From: Pirellulales bacterium
Lineage (GTDB): Bacteria > Planctomycetota > Planctomycetia > Pirellulales > JAICIG01
Length of the DNA: 64,000 bases
NCBI GenBank assembly: GCA_040901675.1
Contig: JBBDYJ010000040.1
Span: forward strand, 1-64,000
Direction: 5' to 3'
Below the pieces are notes generated by a model. That model saw nothing but the letters and a program-made list of their open reading frames with translations, ran no database searches and was not told the DNA's origin. A program made the translations under genes and the position numbers. This document shows, piece after piece, positions 59,401 through 64,000 of the stretch. The first letter of the stretch is position 1. Each line of letters opens with the position of its first letter.

Positions 59401-60447
59401 TGGAATGCCACGGTGCGGATTGCCGTGCAGGCTCCGCCCGATTGCCGGGTGCAAAGCCTGGGGGGACGCCGACTGCCGGGCCTGCCTGGCGGCGACAAGC
59501 AGACGTGGACGATCGAGCTGGCGCCCTACGACCTGGCGTCGGCAGCGCTGTTGGGGCCGGGTGTGCGGCTCACCGATCCGCAGGTCGAAATAGACGGCCA
59601 GGTGCCGGCCTTGTTGAAGTCGCGCATCGAGGATCTCTGGGACCGGGCGAATGTCCTGAAGCAGCCTCCGCCGGTCGACTTACTGTCCAACGCCGGCTTT
59701 GAAGAGCCGTTCGATCGGCGCGGTATCGCCGGCTGGGAGCTCGTCGAACAGGGTGAGCCCGCCGCCGGTGCCGAAACGCAGGGCGAGGCGGGCGCGGAGC
59801 TGGATACGATGAACCCCCAATCGGGACAGCAGTCGCTTCGATTGATCGGCGGGCCGGGAACGAGCTGGCTCTCCAGTGAGGCGTTTCGCCCACCCGAGAC
59901 CGGCTGGCTTTCGATGACCGTCTGGCTGCGCCTGGCCGACGCCGATCGGCAGCCGGAGCTGCGGCTGGCCCTGGAGGGGCTGCTCGACGGGCGGGAGTAC
60001 AAACGCACGGCCGCCGTCGGCCGCGGGGCGGGCGTGCCGAAGCTGGCGGCCCAGTGGGGGCAGTATTCCTTCGAGTTCCCGGATTTGCCCACGGCGAGAC
60101 TCTCGGATTTGAAGATCCGCTTCGAGCTGAGCGGTCCGGGCGAAGTCTGGATCGACGAGGTGCGGCTGCTCAATCTCGAACAACTCGCGGAAAGCCAGCT
60201 CCTGGCGCTCGCCAAGACCATCGGCAGCGCGGGGGTCGCGTTGGACAATCGCCGCTATTCCGACTGCCTGCGGCTGCTCGACGGCTACTGGCCCCGGTAT
60301 CTCACCTCGCACGTCGTGCTCACTGAGCAACCGCTGGTCGGCGACAAGCCCTCGCGACCCAAGGCCGCGGCACCGGCCGAGCCGCCCACTGAAAAGACCG
60401 GCGTTCTCGACCGCGTCAAGCGGGCCGTCGGCGGCTGGCTGCGCTAA
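56404..60447 (+). CDS. Large secreted GHL10-like (family 10 glycosylhydrolase-like) protein with C-terminal CBM-like domain
   Basis: GHNGVMLSVLADGSAIYPS, KDVLELLLRLF, YNPLNAEVQ and RYGHHPSLSG; LSNAGFE...VWIDEV. Confidence 0.65.
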   Translation: MVGQGRPDRSRSVIACAVGRAARGRLGLAVLFAWTVCCRSATAVEPDLFAGPPVASAWVGDDNRSADGVRLRIEWGGGLERQWRGSISISHGSLADPRLLGVEADEPGSMWLEEGGRRLQINQRSRRVYDGLDLTVAADLNARLLIELTGQVDDPASNAERPARVEIRLADVLDGFHNRGLDDKNNRLMIRRAPGDKLRVVLPGDSVVYETGQVLDFLVQPHRLTLSQGRRLRLECRLQPARGKRLLWSQEEDISLDADGSADAVGVRLALPEAEGVYDLLIAACRGGLPNRLGLRQVVEQRKVQVVVLSGQKPRARETVPPMQTLVELDPAKPAWWERFAHVPLIPGLNKGPLGNGDAAAWQHPLGEMVQLGPGGREPDISWEAYPLPIHRPGQPHVIEVEYPSDVPQTLGLSVVEPNAAGAVLPIGLDSGIYVPAEAAGTLPRLAKHRLIFWPRTKSPLLLMTNRREGSRAVYGKIRVLGPRATGMGSLVRESGRSQLPPAFDGPPGQEQRLLAAYYDRPLFAENFSATEDVDDFSGRSLDDWQTFYEGATRLVEYLKHAGHNGVMLSVLADGSAIYPSQLLDATPRYDTGVFFANGQDPFRKDVLELLLRLFDREGLRLIPALEFAAPLPALEAARRRGEPGVELVGSDGRTWLETRAPRRGLAPYYNPLNAEVQQAMLAVVDELVERYGHHPSLSGVALQLSADGYAQLPGAAWAYDDDTVSRFSRETKVALPMGEAHFTSRVELLSGTHQEAWLAWRCRGLGAFHQQLQTALARSRPGTRLYLAGANMLDSPDFARQLRPALPRSTSNEAVLRTAGIDPSLYRSRDQIMLLRPERIAPLDSLAEQAVNLELNHDARLDRLFGSQDAELDRQFGPAVSAGSLFFHEPQSARLKSFDAKSPFKRTHAWLVAQPVSAGPHNRKRFVHALATLDARAIFDGGWLLPIGHEDELRDLFAVYRELPDEPFETLAGETQPVTLRTLSRPDRTYVYLVNDSPWNATVRIAVQAPPDCRVQSLGGRRLPGLPGGDKQTWTIELAPYDLASAALLGPGVRLTDPQVEIDGQVPALLKSRIEDLWDRANVLKQPPPVDLLSNAGFEEPFDRRGIAGWELVEQGEPAAGAETQGEAGAELDTMNPQSGQQSLRLIGGPGTSWLSSEAFRPPETGWLSMTVWLRLADADRQPELRLALEGLLDGREYKRTAAVGRGAGVPKLAAQWGQYSFEFPDLPTARLSDLKIRFELSGPGEVWIDEVRLLNLEQLAESQLLALAKTIGSAGVALDNRRYSDCLRLLDGYWPRYLTSHVVLTEQPLVGDKPSRPKAAAPAEPPTEKTGVLDRVKRAVGGWLR

Positions 60448-60454
60448 GGCTTGA

Positions 60455-60551
60455 GGTCATTGGTCACTGGTCATTCGTCATTGGTCAGTGGTCAGTGGCC
60501 ATTGGGCGGCTTGACGAATGACAAATGACGAATGACAAATGACAAATGACC
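60455..60551. repeat. Inverted heptamer tandem arrays between convergent genes
   Basis: About 7 ggtcatt-like units, then about 5.5 tgac(a/g)aa units; the arms are complementary. Confidence 0.8.
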
Positions 60552-60592
60552 GGATTCATCCGGTCCGCGCCACCCACGCCCCGCCACCTCTC

Positions 60593-60937
60593 TCAGCCTG
60601 GCGGCCAGCTCATCTGCCTCCCGCCCAGGAGATGGAAGTGCAGGTGATCGACCGACTGCCCGGCGTCGCGCCCGCAGTTGACGACGATGCGGTAGCCATT
60701 GTCGAGTTCCAAGCTTGCGGCAAGGTTTCGCATCACGAGGAACAAGTGGCCGACCAGCCCGGCGTCGGCGTCGGCCAGCTCGGCGACCGACAGGATTGGC
60801 CGCTTGGGGACCACCAGGATGTGCACCGGGGCCTCGGGCTTGATGTCGCGGAAGGCCAGGCAGCGGTCGTCTTCGAAGACGATGTCGGCCGGTATCTGGC
60901 GGTTGATGATCCGCTCGAACAGCGTTAATTCGGCCAT
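60593..60937 (-). CDS. hinT: HIT family (HinT-like) nucleotide-binding protein
   Basis: AFRDIKPEAPVHILVVPK, GQSVDHLHFHLLGGR and WPPG. Confidence 0.93.
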   Translation of the reverse strand: MAELTLFERIINRQIPADIVFEDDRCLAFRDIKPEAPVHILVVPKRPILSVAELADADAGLVGHLFLVMRNLAASLELDNGYRIVVNCGRDAGQSVDHLHFHLLGGRQMSWPPG

Positions 60938-60946
60938 GTCGCAACC

Positions 60947-61246
60947 TCACTGATCAGCAAGCTGCCCCAGCTCGATCGATTCGTCGATCAGCAGCACGGG
61001 GATGCCGTCGACGATCCCATACAGCGTGCTGCCGTCGGCCCGCACCAGGCCTCCTTCCAGCGGCCGCCGCAGCGTTTCGCCCGCCTTGTTCCGCAGGCGG
61101 CCTTCCCCAATCGCCCGGTTGACCCGGTCTACCAGTTCTTCGCCGGCCAGGGACAGCGGGGTGCGGGTTTCGGGACAGACGAGAATCTCCAGCAGTTCCT
61201 TGCTGATCACGGGCGGCTCGCTGGGGGATCCGTCGGGGGGTGACAT
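60947..61246 (-). CDS. Trm112 family protein
   Basis: LLEILVCPETRTPL...YGIVDGIPVLLIDE. Confidence 0.85.
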   Translation of the reverse strand: MSPPDGSPSEPPVISKELLEILVCPETRTPLSLAGEELVDRVNRAIGEGRLRNKAGETLRRPLEGGLVRADGSTLYGIVDGIPVLLIDESIELGQLADQ

Positions 61247-61330
61247 TAGGCGGATTAATGCATTTATACGGAAGTTGCCGATAGAGGACTAGGGTTCGCC
61301 CGAGAAACCGCCATCCTGGAGGAAGTTGCC

Positions 61331-61993
61331 ATGACCATTCGCAAGCTGCTGGTGGCGGCTCCAATGATGTTGCTGTCGTGCGGCCTGGCGGCCGGAGCCG
61401 ACGAAGTCAGGTACTACGAGCAGGATGGTGTCACCTACCGCGAGGCGCGGCGGATTGTGCGGCGTCCGGTGGCGGAGACCCGTTACGAGGAGCACGACCG
61501 CACGGTGTACCGCGAGCGGCTCGACGTCGAGCTGCGGGAGACGGTTCGCAACTACACGGTGCCGGTCACGGAGTACCGCTGGCAGTCGTACTGGCGAGGG
61601 CGATTCAACCCGTTCGTGCAGCCGTACCTGGCGCAGCAGTTGGTGCCTTGCACGCGCTGGGAGGCCCGCAGCGAGGTGGTGCGGATTCCCGTGACTCGCC
61701 GGGAGCTGGTGCCGGAGATCTCCACCGTCCGAGTTCCAGTCACTACGCACCGCGTAGTCGAGGAAGAGGTGATCAGCCGCATGGCCGTCAGCGGCAGCAG
61801 CTCGGGCGATCCGTTCGCCGGCCCCGGTTCATCGCTGGCCGGCAGCCGGCTGGAGATGGGTGGCATTGCCAACCTGGACAAGGATCCGCCTCGCCGGGGG
61901 TCGGCGGGTGGGGCCAGCCGATTGGTTCGCATTCCAGGCGACACCAGCCTCAGCTCCGAATGGCGTCCCGCGACCGACGCCGCCCGCCGCTAA
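61331..61993 (+). CDS. Secreted hypothetical protein
   Basis: GGAGG RBS; signal peptide; V/T/R/E-rich beta-like repeats (VPVTEY, IPVTRR, VPVTTH). Confidence 0.7.
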   Translation: MTIRKLLVAAPMMLLSCGLAAGADEVRYYEQDGVTYREARRIVRRPVAETRYEEHDRTVYRERLDVELRETVRNYTVPVTEYRWQSYWRGRFNPFVQPYLAQQLVPCTRWEARSEVVRIPVTRRELVPEISTVRVPVTTHRVVEEEVISRMAVSGSSSGDPFAGPGSSLAGSRLEMGGIANLDKDPPRRGSAGGASRLVRIPGDTSLSSEWRPATDAARR

Positions 61994-62018
61994 CGAGCGA
62001 GCCGGTGGGAAGATCGGT

Positions 62019-62816
62019 TTATCCGTCCTTGGCCTGTCCCGTGCCGAGATGCGCATCGATCTGGTCACGCAGATCGAACATGTCTTCTGAATCGAGCATG
62101 ATTTCGGGCAGACGATTTCGATCATGCTTCAGCAGACGCTCCACGAGGTCCAGCCGTTTGCGGAGTCCATTGATCAGCCGGCGGCACCGCTGAAACTTGT
62201 CGTCGTCCAATTGGATGCGTTGCGAAACTTTGCGGGATTGGAGCATATCCAACCGCGCTTCCAGGTTCTCGACCTGCAGTTCAAGTTCGCGCTTGGATCC
62301 CACCATCTTATTCACGATCTGCCGTGCGCCGGCCAGCGAGAGTTCGCGCGCTGAAAGCATCTGTTGCTTGGCCGCGATCGTCGCCTCCGCGGTCTGATAG
62401 TTCCGGAACCGCTGAATGAGCTCGGTGCGAACTTCGCTTTCGACGAGCAACTCCCGCGAGTGCGGCTCTTGGCCGACGTCGTCCAGTCTGGCTCGGAGCA
62501 GCAACAGCGCGGCGCGTTGCTCGGCCAGCCGCTGTTTGTCGGCGCCGATCTCGTCGCGGAGTTCCTCAACTTCGACCTCTTCCTCGGCGATGATGTAGGT
62601 ATTCTTCTGGATGTCCGGAATGAGATTCCCGATCATTCCCCGCGCTCGTTCGATTTCCAGTTCCATCGGAACGTTGGCCCGCACTTCATCCTCGACTTTG
62701 GAGCCCACTGCTGAGAAGTAACTAGGCAGATCCATCCGCAGCGCGACGAGCGCGCCGCTGATCGAAAGGATCCCCAGGATCGGCCACACGGTGCTGCCAG
62801 GCTTGTCCCTCAACAT
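62019..62816 (-). CDS. Membrane-anchored coiled-coil hypothetical protein
   Basis: AAGGAG RBS; N-terminal TM; VPMELEIERAR; long coiled coil. Confidence 0.65.
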   Translation of the reverse strand: MLRDKPGSTVWPILGILSISGALVALRMDLPSYFSAVGSKVEDEVRANVPMELEIERARGMIGNLIPDIQKNTYIIAEEEVEVEELRDEIGADKQRLAEQRAALLLLRARLDDVGQEPHSRELLVESEVRTELIQRFRNYQTAEATIAAKQQMLSARELSLAGARQIVNKMVGSKRELELQVENLEARLDMLQSRKVSQRIQLDDDKFQRCRRLINGLRKRLDLVERLLKHDRNRLPEIMLDSEDMFDLRDQIDAHLGTGQAKDG

Positions 62817-62846
62817 GTCGAGCTCCTTCAAAGCGTATGCTCGGAA

Positions 62847-64000
62847 TTAATGACTCCCAACCGGGCGACTCATTGCGTTCGCCCCAAGCGTTCGCAGTTG
62901 CTCTTCGAGCTGCGCCACGTCGCTGCCGTAAGCTCTTTGGTCCGCCTTGAACCAATCATGGATTGCCCGCGCGTGGCGATCGCACCAACGGGCCTCCGCC
63001 GTCCTCCCGTTGGTCCGAAACACGGTCGCAAGCCAATAGAACCGGTAGGCAAGCTGCGCGTTGTCTAGCGATTTCCAGCTCAATTGCCACCACTCGCGGT
63101 AGAGACGCTCCGGATCCTGGTTGTACGAGCCGGCCGCCTGCTCGCCTTGCGACACGCAGACGACCGCCAGTCCCAACAGCGAGTCGGCCCTGCACGGATG
63201 CTCCTTGTGGCTGAAGATGTTTTGCGCCTGTTCGAAGAGTTCCCGGGCCTTCTCGGCGTCGCCTCCGCACTGCGCGATGAAAGCCTCCGTATGGAGGAGG
63301 CCCGCCATCCAAGGCTCGTCGTCCGACGTATCCTTGCCTTCCTTGCCGATACGTAGAAGCCACCGCTGGCGCACGCTCCGGGCGCGCTGGCAATCCTTCC
63401 TTGCCTCGTCCAGCCGCCCCTGGCTCCAATGCACAATCGCGCGGGCGTGGAACGTGTCGGCCACGTCGGGATGGGCATCGAAGACGATCTCCTGCACGGA
63501 AAGGGCCTGCCCGCAATGATCCAGGGCTTTTTTGCCGTTGCCCTCGTCGAGCGCCAATAGGGCCAGCAGCCTCAACGTGCGACCGGTTTCGAAGTGGTTC
63601 TGAGCCAGGAAGCCCCGCTGGATGCCCAATGCTCGCTCGGCCAACGGGCGTGCGCCGGCCATGTTCCCTTGCGCTTGATAGGCCGTGGCGAGACCCATCA
63701 GCGAATGAACAAGTGGGGTGAGGTCGCTCCTGTGAAGCCTCTCTTTCTTGGCGAGCGCCCCCTTGAGTTTTTCGACGGCCGCGGCGTGGCGGCACTGAAA
63801 ACTCGCAATCAGCCCGCTGACATCGAGGATCCGGGCCTCCAAATAGTGTCCGCTCGCCGCCTGGTCGCCGGACCGAGGAAGGTCGCTCATGAGCGAAAGC
63901 CGTTTGCTGGCGGCAGCGACGTTGCCCGCAACGGCGTGCAGCTTGGCCAAATTGATCTCGGCTGCGTGCACATCGCCAAGCTGGTTCTTGTTGCCCAACT
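62847..64000 (-). CDS. Tetratricopeptide repeat protein (5' end outside window)
   Basis: LATAYQAQGNMAGARPLAERAL, HPDVADTF and QGRLDEAR. Confidence 0.75.
   Translation of the reverse strand, partial: LGNKNQLGDVHAAEINLAKLHAVAGNVAAASKRLSLMSDLPRSGDQAASGHYLEARILDVSGLIASFQCRHAAAVEKLKGALAKKERLHRSDLTPLVHSLMGLATAYQAQGNMAGARPLAERALGIQRGFLAQNHFETGRTLRLLALLALDEGNGKKALDHCGQALSVQEIVFDAHPDVADTFHARAIVHWSQGRLDEARKDCQRARSVRQRWLLRIGKEGKDTSDDEPWMAGLLHTEAFIAQCGGDAEKARELFEQAQNIFSHKEHPCRADSLLGLAVVCVSQGEQAAGSYNQDPERLYREWWQLSWKSLDNAQLAYRFYWLATVFRTNGRTAEARWCDRHARAIHDWFKADQRAYGSDVAQLEEQLRTLGANAMSRPVGSH

Overview
A 64-kb high-GC bacterial window. The gene content (DUF1549/DUF1553, Planctomycete cytochrome c-WD40, DUF1559, giant Ser/Thr kinase) points to a Planctomycetota genome. 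All family calls come from motif recognition by eye, not from database searches. The backbone genes are: a DUF4159-DUF4139x3 cluster, FitAB/VapBC, an S46 peptidase, a sulfotransferase-like + aminotransferase-IV pair, an ABC-2 exporter, MMPL, GT39, lptD, dgkA, nrdJ with tandem NrdR boxes, a PPC/DUF1553/cytochrome-WD40 module, parA, nagB, a CoA transferase, aroB, dprA, an ECF sigma/DUF1559 pair, MarR-RND efflux, a GHL10-like protein, HIT and Trm112. The most unusual signals are structural. (1) Two near-identical DUF4139 genes differ mainly in a ~40-codon central cassette. (2) In two places an accessory gene is bracketed by a second copy of the upstream gene's 3' end, one copy synonymously diverged and one scrambled by inversions. 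(3) An orphan antitoxin is followed by a PIN toxin collapsed to 18 codons. (4) A 99-bp MITE with perfect 23-bp TIRs and a TTA duplication sits inside an IS4 transposase. (5) Several REP-like families are present, one as an in-frame tandem pair at the start of lptD. (6) Two small genes are missing from the ORF track. No rRNA, tRNA or CRISPR array was seen.
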